Origin: Paramoeba atlantica
Lineage: Eukaryota > Protista > Discosea
Assembly (NCBI GenBank): GCA_977017575.1
Contig: CDRNVI010000063.1
Span: 434,001 to 498,000, forward strand
DNA length: 64,000 nt
Direction: 5' to 3'
In this document: positions 8,290-18,569 of the stretch, in pieces
How the letters are laid out: each line of letters starts with the position of its first letter
Position numbering within the stretch: position 1 is the stretch's first letter
The notes under the pieces: model-generated
Told to the model about the DNA's origin: nothing
Database searches by the model: none
The model's input: the letters and a program-made list of their open reading frames with translations, nothing else
Translations under genes and position numbers: made by a program

Positions 8290-11271
8290 CCACCCAGTCG
8301 CAAGTTTGTGTACTCCTCCATCTCGCCAAGTATCATAGCGATTACGACTCCACGCATCAGCCTGATTTTCTTGCGTGGTGACATACTCCGGAAAGACCAG
8401 CATATGATTCAGGTGTAAATAAGACAGGATTCGGGTTAGTACATCGGATATATTGTACGAATCCGCCCATCGTTTCCTCATGGCGGCTTCAACACTTGTG
8501 TTATCCACACGAAGTCGTATAAATTTTACCTGGTTCCAATGCTCTGCAAAGGCTATCAGAGCATTTTCGATCGCCAAGGCTTCCCCGTGATTAATCTCAA
8601 TATCTTTGTCCCAAGCTGCCCCGGTGCCATAAACAGTACCGTCGGGTAGAAAAAGAACTGCACCCCAACCATCTAGGGAAGCGTCGGTGTAGAGAGTAGC
8701 AAATTTTGACGACTCAGCCACGGAATACAGTTGAGGTTGATTATTTTTCACCTCTTGAATCCACCGGTTGAGTTGTACGCTCACCACATACGACAATTTT
8801 ACGGTATCATGCTCTCGTATCATACCTTTGTTTAGCTTCGATATTTGACGTCGAATGAATTTTATAGCCCAGTAGTATCTGGGCATAATAACACCAAGAA
8901 CTGCAGATGCATATACGAGCCTGGCACATAATGATTCATACGCATGTAAGGGAGCGTGTGAAGCAATTTCGTGAGGTATTTTTTTGATGAAGCGATCGCT
9001 CAAATTATAGCACTTTTTGTCGTGATCATAGCGAACACCGAGAAAATCGTACTTCGTTGCATTACACGTATCTTCTTCTTTGAAAGTCATATGTGTCATG
9101 TTTGCTCGCTCGTCAACGAAACGTTCGTAGGCGGTCACTTCGATTTTCGATCCGCAGTATCTTATACCGTCAAGGTAAACATCAAGTTGGTCCGTGCGAA
9201 AACCCTGAGAATCCGCGGTTTGTGCGCTGTAATTCGCGTGCCCCGCAAGAGTTGCCGTTAGAATTTGTTGGATTTCCGGTGCGCATGCATGCCCCATGGG
9301 CATTCGCGTCATTTCGTATGTTGCAGCGCCATAACAAAACCGATAGTAGGCCCGTGTTGCTGCTGGTAGTTCGACTTGAAAGAAACCGGCCTTTAAATCT
9401 CTTTTCATACCCCTTTCGTAACGTACTCTGTTTACGTAAGATACTGGTTGTCCGATCGGGACATCGGCTTTGTATTTATGTTCTAAAGCTAGATTATGAC
9501 TTTTTGGCCAGCATATAAATCGACGTCGGGCACCACTGTCTCTTTCTTCAAAAGTCGTAAACGGTATTATCTGAGCCTTCGTTGGATGGCTTTCCAATTC
9601 TTCATAAGTCACGCGCCGTATTATTTCCGACTTCAGAAGTTTACTGATATCATTTTGTGACAGAGTTGAGCTCTTTACGGAACACAAATTTACATTTTTC
9701 TCTAAACACTGAGGATTGGTTAGTAACTTCCATACCTCGTCAAAACGACACTTCATTTCCGGTTGCATCCAGCTTCTTATGCGAGCAATATCCAAAGAAG
9801 GCACTGATGGGGCATGAAGAGGAAGTTTCATTTCGTCAGGGGTGGGTGGCTGCATCATTCGATGGGGGCGAGACCATACTCTCCGGGTGGAAAATTGGGC
9901 ATCTTTGTCTAGTGTATCCCAGCTTAAATTTAGATCGGTGAGAAATCGAGATTTCAAAGGAGCCTTGTCGTATTCTGCGTTCCTAAAGCTCGCGCGGTGT
10001 GCTCGTTCACCCCCGAGTATCGTAGCAGGGAAGGGAGCTGGCGGTGGTTCGCGATACGCATCACCTCCTCCAATGTGATACGTTTGCCGGCTACATGCTC
10101 CATCAACTGGTGAATAGCCCCCCGTTTGATGGAATGGGAGGAGTATCCTCTGCCCAGATGGCGCCGAAAGAAACGAGTGATTTCCATTGAGCTCAGGGTA
10201 GAAATATGAGTGTTGGGGGAAAGGCAACGTAGGTATTGATATATTTGGTTCGTGTAGGCCCCTTCTATAACTACCATTGTGTCCGGGCGAAAAGGGTGAG
10301 CTTTGGTTGTTTTCGTCTTGTTCCCCCAGTACAGGATGATGCAGTCCGGTCGTGCCACTATGAAATCCCTTCGTTTCAAAAGCGCGACTTCCCCCGCACG
10401 AGATGCGGTTTTGTAGGCAATCAGTACTGTAGCTGCCATTTCTGACGTCATAAATGGTAGCAACTTGTTCAGTTGTGCCTTGGTCAAAGGCTGGGCTTGT
10501 TGAAATGGAATTTGCGATCCGCGCCGAATTAGTGACTTTAGCAGAAGACGGGAATGCGTTGCTAGCTTCCCGGACTGTACCATCAATGCTATAAGGTGCT
10601 TCAGATACGTTTCTTTCGTTTGGAGTGACAAGGACATGTCGTTTATTAGTTTTACGACATCGTCGTCGAATAATTTGAGACGGCGGGAATGCAACATTCG
10701 TAGCAGGCGGGCACGCGTTAACCATGTTGTCTGACACCACATTGGAACTAATGCTTGTTGTGTCGTCCATTTTCTTATGCCCATGACTTCCATTACAAAT
10801 TGAACTTCCTCGCTGTAAGATTTTCTTTGGAATGCTGCTCTTGCTAGGGTGCGACGTTGCGGTAAAGAAACTAGCTTGCTTTTTTGACTTAATGTAATTG
10901 TCTTCAATTGTCCGTGAACCGGAGTTATCCTCTTTTCGCTCTGGAGTTTTATTGGTTGAGATGGATTTGTACTTATTTTGATCGTTTTTACCGAACGGGT
11001 GCGACGTTGCGGTAGAGAAACTAACTTGCTTTTTTGACTTAATGTAATTTGATGGTCGGAATGAAACTTGCTGGACTGTGATTGTTTTAAAACTTTTTTC
11101 ATATTCTGGTTTTGATTTATTGTAGAAAGAACTTTTAAACCTATTTTTTACTGGCTTTTGCCACGGGGGCGGACTTCGGAGAGTCAACTTCGCGGGCCAG
11201 ACCCCCTCCCTTTTTCTTTTCAAATAGCGGAAATGTTCTAACACGTACAACAATAATGATAATAATGCCAT
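8257..11271 (-). CDS. Reverse transcriptase-RNase H polyprotein of YR-2 (N-terminal part overlaps the YR ORF)
   Basis: DLKAGFFQV, MPMGHACAP, VYLDGI (RT); YTDASLDGWGAV, EALAI, VDNTS, NQADAWSR (DIRS-type RNase H). Confidence 0.92.
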   Translation of the reverse strand: MALLSLLLYVLEHFRYLKRKREGVWPAKLTLRSPPPWQKPVKNRFKSSFYNKSKPEYEKSFKTITVQQVSFRPSNYIKSKKQVSFSTATSHPFGKNDQNKYKSISTNKTPERKEDNSGSRTIEDNYIKSKKQASFFTATSHPSKSSIPKKILQRGSSICNGSHGHKKMDDTTSISSNVVSDNMVNACPPATNVAFPPSQIIRRRCRKTNKRHVLVTPNERNVSEAPYSIDGTVREASNAFPSSAKVTNSARIANSISTSPAFDQGTTEQVATIYDVRNGSYSTDCLQNRISCGGSRAFETKGFHSGTTGLHHPVLGEQDENNQSSPFSPGHNGSYRRGLHEPNISIPTLPFPQHSYFYPELNGNHSFLSAPSGQRILLPFHQTGGYSPVDGACSRQTYHIGGGDAYREPPPAPFPATILGGERAHRASFRNAEYDKAPLKSRFLTDLNLSWDTLDKDAQFSTRRVWSRPHRMMQPPTPDEMKLPLHAPSVPSLDIARIRSWMQPEMKCRFDEVWKLLTNPQCLEKNVNLCSVKSSTLSQNDISKLLKSEIIRRVTYEELESHPTKAQIIPFTTFEERDSGARRRFICWPKSHNLALEHKYKADVPIGQPVSYVNRVRYERGMKRDLKAGFFQVELPAATRAYYRFCYGAATYEMTRMPMGHACAPEIQQILTATLAGHANYSAQTADSQGFRTDQLDVYLDGIRYCGSKIEVTAYERFVDERANMTHMTFKEEDTCNATKYDFLGVRYDHDKKCYNLSDRFIKKIPHEIASHAPLHAYESLCARLVYASAVLGVIMPRYYWAIKFIRRQISKLNKGMIREHDTVKLSYVVSVQLNRWIQEVKNNQPQLYSVAESSKFATLYTDASLDGWGAVLFLPDGTVYGTGAAWDKDIEINHGEALAIENALIAFAEHWNQVKFIRLRVDNTSVEAAMRKRWADSYNISDVLTRILSYLHLNHMLVFPEYVTTQENQADAWSRNRYDTWRDGGVHKLATGWVPPTPSREFF
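9954..11102 (-). CDS. Tyrosine recombinase of YR-2
   Basis: YKTASRAGE (R), YSSHSIKRGA (HxxR), ANHRQLPSLLRY (H...Y); true start may be internal. Confidence 0.9.
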   Translation of the reverse strand: MKKVLKQSQSSKFHSDHQITLSQKSKLVSLPQRRTRSVKTIKISTNPSQPIKLQSEKRITPVHGQLKTITLSQKSKLVSLPQRRTLARAAFQRKSYSEEVQFVMEVMGIRKWTTQQALVPMWCQTTWLTRARLLRMLHSRRLKLFDDDVVKLINDMSLSLQTKETYLKHLIALMVQSGKLATHSRLLLKSLIRRGSQIPFQQAQPLTKAQLNKLLPFMTSEMAATVLIAYKTASRAGEVALLKRRDFIVARPDCIILYWGNKTKTTKAHPFRPDTMVVIEGAYTNQIYQYLRCLSPNTHISTLSSMEITRFFRRHLGRGYSSHSIKRGAIHQLMEHVAGKRITLEEVMRIANHRQLPSLLRYSGVNEHTARALGTQNTTRLL

Positions 11272-11319
11272 ATGTTTTCGATATAAGACGTAATCAAAAT
11301 TACTTTCTCAAGTTTACAT

Positions 11320-14300
11320 TAAGACCCTTTCTTTTGTTAAGACCCTTTCTTTTGTTAAGACCCTTTCTTTTGTTAAGACCCTTTCTTTTGTTAAGACCCT
11401 TTCTTTTGTTAAGACCCTTTCTTTTGTTAAGACCCTTTCTTTTGTTAAGACCCTTTCTTTTGTTAAGACCCTTTCTTTTGTTAAGACCCTTTCTTTTGTT
11501 AAGACCCTTTCTTTTGTTAAGACCCTTTCCTTTGTTAAGACCCTTTCCTTTGTTAAGACCCTTTCTTTTGTTAAGACCCTTTCTTTTGTTAAGACCCTTT
11601 CTTTTGTTAAGACCCTTTCTTTTGTTAAGACCCTTTCTTTTGTTAAGACCCTTTCTTTTGTTAAGACCCTTTCTTTTGTTAAGGCCCTTTCTTTTGTTAA
11701 GACCCTTTCTTTTGTTAAGACCCTTTCTTTTGTTAAGACCCTTTCTTTTGTTAAGACCCTTTCTTTTGTTAAGACCCTTTCTTTTGTTAAGACCCTTTCT
11801 TTTGTTAAGACCCTTTCTTTTGTTAAGACCCTTTCTTTTGTTAAGACCCTTTCTTTTGTTAAGACCCTTTCTTTTGTTAAGACCCTTTCTTTTGTTAAGA
11901 CCCTTTCTTTTGTTAAGACCCTTTCTTTTGTTAAGACCCTTTCTTTTGTTAATACCCTTTCTTTTGTTAAGACCCTTTCTTTTGTTAAGACCCTTTCTTT
12001 TGTTAAGACCCTTTCTTTTGTTAAGACCCTTTCTTTTGTTAAGACCCTTTCTTTTGTTAAGACCCTTTCTTTTGTTAAGACCCTTTCTTTTGTTAAGACC
12101 CTTTCTTTTGTTAAGACCCTTTCTTTTGTTAAGACCCTTTCTTTTGTTAAGACCCTTTCTTTTGTTAAGACCCTTTCTTTTGTTAAGACCCTTTCTTTTG
12201 TTAAGACCCTTTCTTTTGTTAAGACCCTTTCTTTTGTTAAGACCCTTTCTTTTGTTAAGACCCTTTCTTTTGTTAAGACCCTTTCTTTTGTTAAGACCCT
12301 TTCTTTTGTTAAGACCCTTTCTTTTGTTAAGACCCTTTCTTTTGTTAAGACCCTTTCTTTTGTTAAGACCCTTTCTTTTGTTAAGACCCTTTCTTTTGTT
12401 AAGACCCTTTCTTTTGTTAAGACCCTTTCTTTTGTTAAGACCCTTTCTTTTGTTAAGACCCTTTCTTTTGTTAAGACCCTTTCTTTTGTTAAGACCCTTT
12501 CTTTTGTTAAGACCCTTTCTTTTGTTAAGACCCTTTCTTTTGTTAAGACCCTTTCTTTTGTTAAGACCCTTTCTTTTGTTAAGACCCTTTCTTTTGTTAA
12601 GACCCTTTCTTTTGTTAAGACCCTTTCTTTTGTTAAGACCCTTTCTTTTGTTAAGACCCTTTCTTTTGTTAAGACCCTTTCTTTTGTTAAGACCCTTTCT
12701 TTTGTTAAGACCCTTTCTTTTGTTAAGACCCTTTCTTTTGTTAAGACCCTTTCTTTTGTTAATACCCTTTCTTTTGTTAAGACCCTTTCTTTTGTTAAGA
12801 CCCTTTCTTTTGTTAAGACCCTTTCTTTTGTTAAGACCCTTTCTTTTGTTAAGACCCTTTCTTTTGTTAAGACCCTTTCTTTTGTTAAGACCCTTTCTTT
12901 TGTTAAGACCCTTTCTTTTGTTAAGACCCTTTCTTTTGTTAAGACCCTTTCTTTTGTTAAGACCCTTTCTTTTGTTAAGACCCTTTCTTTTGTTAAGACC
13001 CTTTCTTTTGTTAAGACCCTTTCTTTTGTTAAGACCCTTTCTTTTGTTAAGACCCTTTCTTTTGTTAAGACCCTTTCTTTTGTTAAGACCCTTTCTTTTG
13101 TTAAGACCCTTTCTTTTGTTAAGACCCTTTCTTTTGTTAAGACCCTTTCTTTTGTTAAGACCCTTTCTTTTGTTAAGACCCTTTCTTTTGTTAAGACCCT
13201 TTCTTTTGTTAAGACCCTTTCTTTTGTTAAGACCCTTTCTTTTGTTAAGACCCTTTCTTTTGTTAAGACCCTTTCTTTTGTTAAGACCCTTTCTTTTGTT
13301 AAGACCCTTTCTTTTGTTAAGACCCTTTCTTTTGTTAAGACCCTTTCTTTTGTTAAGACCCTTTCTTTTGTTAAGACCCTTTCTTTTGTTAAGACCCTTT
13401 CTTTTGTTAAGACCCTTTCTTTTGTTAAGACCCTTTCTTTTGTTAAGACCCTTTCTTTTGTTAAGACCCTTTCTTTTGTTAAGACCCTTTCTTTTGTTAA
13501 GACCCTTTCTTTTGTTAAGACCCTTTCTTTTGTTAAGACCCTTTCTTTTGTTAAGACCCTTTCTTTTGTTAAGACCCTTTCTTTTGTTAAGACCCTTTCT
13601 TTTGTTAAGACCCTTTCTTTTGTTAAGACCCTTTCTTTTGTTAAGACCCTTTCTTTTGTTAAGACCCTTTCTTTTGTTAAGACCCTTTCTTTTGTTAAGA
13701 CCCTTTCTTTTGTTAAGACCCTTTCTTTTGTTAAGACCCTTTCTTTTGTTAAGACCCTTTCTTTTGTTAAGACCCTTTCTTTTGTTAAGACCCTTTCTTT
13801 TGTTAAGACCCTTTCTTTTGTTAAGACCCTTTCTTTTGTTAAGACCCTTTCTTTTGTTAAGACCCTTTCTTTTGTTAAGACCCTTTCTTTTGTTAAGACC
13901 CTTTCTTTTGTTAAGACCCTTTCTTTTGTTAAGACCCTTTCTTTTGTTAAGACCCTTTCTTTTGTTAAGACCCTTTCTTTTGTTAAGACCCTTTCTTTTG
14001 TTAAGATCCTTTCTTTTGTTAAGACCCTTTCTTTTGTTAAGACCCTTTCTTTTGTTAAGACCCTTTCTTTTGTTAAGACCCTTTCTTTTGTTAAGACCCT
14101 TTCTTTTGTTAAGACCCTTTCTTTTGTTATGATCCTTTCTTTTGTTAAGACCCTTTCTTTTGTTAAGACCCTTTCTTTTGTTAAGACCCTTTCTTTTGTT
14201 AAGACCCTTTCTTTTGTTAAGACCCTTTCTTTTGTTAAGACCCTTTCTTTTGTTAAGACCCTTTCTTTTGTTAAGACCCTTTCTTTTGTTAAGACCCTTT

Positions 14301-17300
14301 CTTTTGTTAAGACCCTTTCTTTTGTTAAGACCCTTTCTTTTGTTAAGACCCTTTCTTTTGTTAAGACCCTTTCTTTTGTTAAGACCCTTTCTTTTGTTAA
14401 GACCCTTTCTTTTGTTAAGACCCTTTCTTTTGTTAAGACCCTTTCTTTTGTTAAGACCCTTTCTTTTGTTAAGACCCTTTCTTTTGTTAAGACCCTTTCT
14501 TTTGTTAAGACCCTTTCTTTTGTTAAGACCCTTTCTTTTGTTAATACCCTTTCTTTTGTTAAGACCCTTTCTTTTGTTAAGACCCTTTCTTTTGTTAAGA
14601 CCCTTTCTTTTGTTAAGACCCTTTCTTTTGTTAAGACCCTTTCTTTTGTTAAGACCCTTTCTTTTGTTAAGACCCTTTCTTTTGTTAAGACCCTTTCTTT
14701 TGTTAAGACCCTTTCTTTTGTTAAGACCCTTTCTTTTGTTAAGACCCTTTCTTTTGTTAAGACCCTTTCTTTTGTTAAGACCCTTTCTTTTGTTAAGACC
14801 CTTTCTTTTGTTAAGACCCTTTCTTTTGTTAAGACCCTTTCTTTTGTTAAGACCCTTTCTTTTGTTAAGACCCTTTCTTTTGTTAAGACCCTTTCTTTTG
14901 TTAAGACCCTTTCTTTTGTTAAGACCCTTTCTTTTGTTAAGACCCTTTCTTTTGTTAAGACCCTTTCTTTTGTTAAGACCCTTTCTTTTGTTAAGACCCT
15001 TTCTTTTGTTAAGACCCTTTCTTTTGTTAAGACCCTTTCTTTTGTTAAGACCCTTTCTTTTGTTAAGACCCTTTCTTTTGTTAAGACCCTTTCTTTTGTT
15101 AAGACCCTTTCTTTTGTTAAGACCCTTTCTTTTGTTAAGACCCTTTCTTTTGTTAAGACCCTTTCTTTTGTTAAGACCCTTTCTTTTGTTAAGACCCTTT
15201 CTTTTGTTAAGACCCTTTCTTTTGTTAAGACCCTTTCTTTTGTTAAGACCCTTTCTTTTGTTAAGACCCTTTCTTTTGTTAAGACCCTTTCTTTTGTTAA
15301 GACCCTTTCTTTTGTTAAGACCCTTTCTTTTGTTAAGACCCTTTCTTTTGTTAAGACCCTTTCTTTTGTTAAGACCCTTTCTTTTGTTAAGACCCTTTCT
15401 TTTGTTAAGACCCTTTCTTTTGTTAAGACCCTTTCTTTTGTTAAGACCCTTTCTTTTGTTAAGACCCTTTCTTTTGTTAAGACCCTTTCTTTTGTTAAGA
15501 CCCTTTCTTTTGTTAAGACCCTTTCTTTTGTTAAGACCCTTTCTTTTGTTAAGACCCTTTCTTTTGTTAAGACCCTTTCTTTTGTTAAGACCCTTTCTTT
15601 TGTTAAGACCCTTTCTTTTGTTAAGACCCTTTCTTTTGTTAAGACCCTTTCTTTTGTTAAGACCCTTTCTTTTGTTAAGACCCTTTCTTTTGTTAAGACC
15701 CTTTCTTTTGTTAAGACCCTTTCTTTTGTTAAGATCCTTTCTTTTGTTAAGACCCTTTCTTTTGTTAAGACCCTTTCTTTTGTTAAGACCCTTTCTTTTG
15801 TTAAGACCCTTTCTTTTGTTAAGACCCTTTCTTTTGTTAAGACCCTTTCTTTTGTTATGATCCTTTCTTTTGTTAAGACCCTTTCTTTTGTTAAGACCCT
15901 TTCTTTTGTTAAGACCCTTTCTTTTGTTAAGACCCTTTCTTTTGTTAAGACCCTTTCTTTTGTTAAGACCCTTTCTTTTGTTAAGACCCTTTCTTTTGTT
16001 AAGACCCTTTCTTTTGTTAAGACCCTTTCTTTTGTTAAGACCCTTTCTTTTGTTAAGACCCTTTCTTTTGTTAAGACCCTTTCTTTTGTTAAGACCCTTT
16101 CTTTTGTTAAGACCCTTTCTTTTGTTAAGACCCTTTCTTTTGTTAAGACCCTTTCTTTTGTTAAGACCCTTTCTTTTGTTAAGACCCTTTCTTTTGTTAA
16201 GACCCTTTCTTTTGTTAAGACCCTTTCTTTTGTTAAGACCCTTTCTTTTGTTAAGACCCTTTCTTTTGTTAAGACCCTTTCTTTTGTTAAGACCCTTTCT
16301 TTTGTTAAGACCCTTTCTTTTGTTAAGACCCTTTCTTTTGTTAAGACCCTTTCTTTTGTTAAGATCCTTTCTTTTGTTAAGACCCTTTCTTTTGTTAAGA
16401 CCCTTTCTTTTGTTAAGACCCTTTCTTTTGTTAAGACCCTTTCTTTTGTTAAGACCCTTTCTTTTGTTAAGACCCTTTCTTTTGTTAAGATCCTTTCTTT
16501 TGTTAAGACCCTTTCTTTTGTTAAGACCCTTTCTTTTGTTAAGACCCTTTCTTTTGTTAAGACCCTTTCTTTTGTTAAGACCCTTTCTTTTGTTAAGACC
16601 CTTTCTTTTGTTAAGACCCTTTCTTTTGTTAAGACCCTTTCTTTTGTTAAGACCCTTTCTTTTGTTAAGACCCTTTCTTTTGTTAAGACCCTTTCTTTTG
16701 TTAAGACCCTTTCTTTTGTTAAGACCCTTTCTTTTGTTAAGACCCTTTCTTTTGTTAAGACCCTTTCTTTTGTTAAGACCCTTTCTTTTGTTAAGACCCT
16801 TTCTTTTGTTAAGACCCTTTCTTTTGTTAAGACCCTTTCTTTTGTTAAGACCCTTTCTTTTGTTAAGACCCTTTCTTTTGTTAAGACCCTTTCTTTTGTT
16901 AAGACCCTTTCTTTTGTTAAGACCCTTTCTTTTGTTAAGACCCTTTCTTTTGTTAAGACCCTTTCTTTTGTTAAGACCCTTTCTTTTGTTAAGACCCTTT
17001 CTTTTGTTAAGACCCTTTCTTTTGTTAAGACCCTTTCTTTTGTTAAGACCCTTTCTTTTGTTAAGACCCTTTCTTTTGTTAAGACCCTTTCTTTTGTTAA
17101 GACCCTTTCTTTTGTTAAGACCCTTTCTTTTGTTAAGACCCTTTCTTTTGTTAAGACCCTTTCTTTTGTTAAGACCCTTTCTTTTGTTAAGACCCTTTCT
17201 TTTGTTAAGACCCTTTCTTTTGTTAAGACCCTTTCTTTTGTTAAGACCCTTTCTTTTGTTAAGACCCTTTCTTTTGTTAAGACCCTTTCTTTTGTTAAGA

Positions 17301-18234
17301 CCCTTTCTTTTGTTAAGACCCTTTCTTTTGTTAAGACCCTTTCTTTTGTTAAGACCCTTTCTTTTGTTAAGACCCTTTCTTTTGTTAAGACCCTTTCTTT
17401 TGTTAAGACCCTTTCTTTTGTTAAGACCCTTTCTTTTGTTAAGACCCTTTCTTTTGTTAAGACCCTTTCTTTTGTTAAGACCCTTTCTTTTGTTAAGACC
17501 CTTTCTTTTGTTAAGACCCTTTCTTTTGTTAAGACCCTTTCTTTTGTTAAGACCCTTTCTTTTGTTAAGACCCTTTCTTTTGTTAAGACCCTTTCTTTTG
17601 TTAAGACCCTTTCTTTTGTTAAGACCCTTTCTTTTGTTAAGACCCTTTCTTTTGTTAAGACCCTTTCTTTTGTTAAGACCCTTTCTTTTGTTAAGACCCT
17701 TTCTTTTGTTAAGACCCTTTCTTTTGTTAAGACCCTTTCTTTTGTTAAGACCCTTTCTTTTGTTAAGACCCTTTCTTTTGTTAAGACCCTTTCTTTTGTT
17801 AAGACCCTTTCTTTTGTTAAGACCCTTTCTTTTGTTAAGACCCTTTCTTTTGTTAAGACCCTTTCTTTTGTTAAGACCCTTTCTTTTGTTAAGACCCTTT
17901 CTTTTGTTAAGACCCTTTCTTTTGTTAAGACCCTTTCTTTTGTTAAGACCCTTTCTTTTGTTAAGACCCTTTCTTTTGTTAAGACCCTTTCTTTTGTTAA
18001 GACCCTTTCTTTTGTTAAGACCCTTTCTTTTGTTAAGACCCTTTCTTTTGTTAAGACCCTTTCTTTTGTTAAGACCCTTTCTTTTGTTAAGACCCTTTCT
18101 TTTGTTAAGACCCTTTCTTTTGTTAAGACCCTTTCTTTTGTTAAGACCCTTTCTTTTGTTAAGACCCTTTCTTTTGTTAAGACCCTTTCTTTTGTTAACA
18201 AAAGAAAGGGTCTTAACAAAAGAAAGGGTCTTAA
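11320..18234. repeat. Long type-1 18-bp array (about 380 units) ending in two inverted units (18197-18234)
   Basis: Read directly; rare single-base variants; orientation flips at GTTAAC 18194-18199. Confidence 0.98.
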
Positions 18235-18569
18235 GCTGCCTCCAGTGACTTTACATTCTTTGCTTAATAAAATTCACAAGCTTAAGAACACACTTTTTAT
18301 AAAGAACACCTACCAAGAATATAAAGAATGAATAATGAGTAAACTATTAAAACAAGCAAAATTCACTCCAAACAAACAAAATTCACTCCTTGGTTCCTCC
18401 TATTGTAAAGCATATTGAGAAAAGTACAGACATTAACAGCAGCAATACTCTCCGTGAGCTCTTTATCTGAAATAAGTTAATATCAACTTAGATCATGAGA
18501 TGATATCAACGTAGATGACGGGGAATTTTATCAAATCGAATAGAGGTTGTAAGTGAAAGGAAATTCTGA

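Larger units (their letters stand above)
7767..11319 (-). mobile_element. Tyrosine-recombinase retrotransposon YR-2 with split direct repeats A1-ORFs-B1-A2-B2, inserted in the type-1 array
   Basis: A1 11210-11319 = A2 7986-8095 (110 bp); B1 8096-8289 = B2 7767-7960 (194 bp); RT/RNase H and YR ORFs; both flanks are array sequence in register. Confidence 0.93.

Noticed and set aside
11320-18234. CRISPR array
   Set aside because: Units are contiguous with no spacers, and there are no cas genes.
7015-18331. Very long ORFs of (LRPFLL)n, (KTLSFV)n, (TKERVL)n, (NKRKGL)n, and similar ORFs in the other arrays
   Set aside because: An 18-bp unit without stops in four frames gives these automatically; there is no independent sign of translation.
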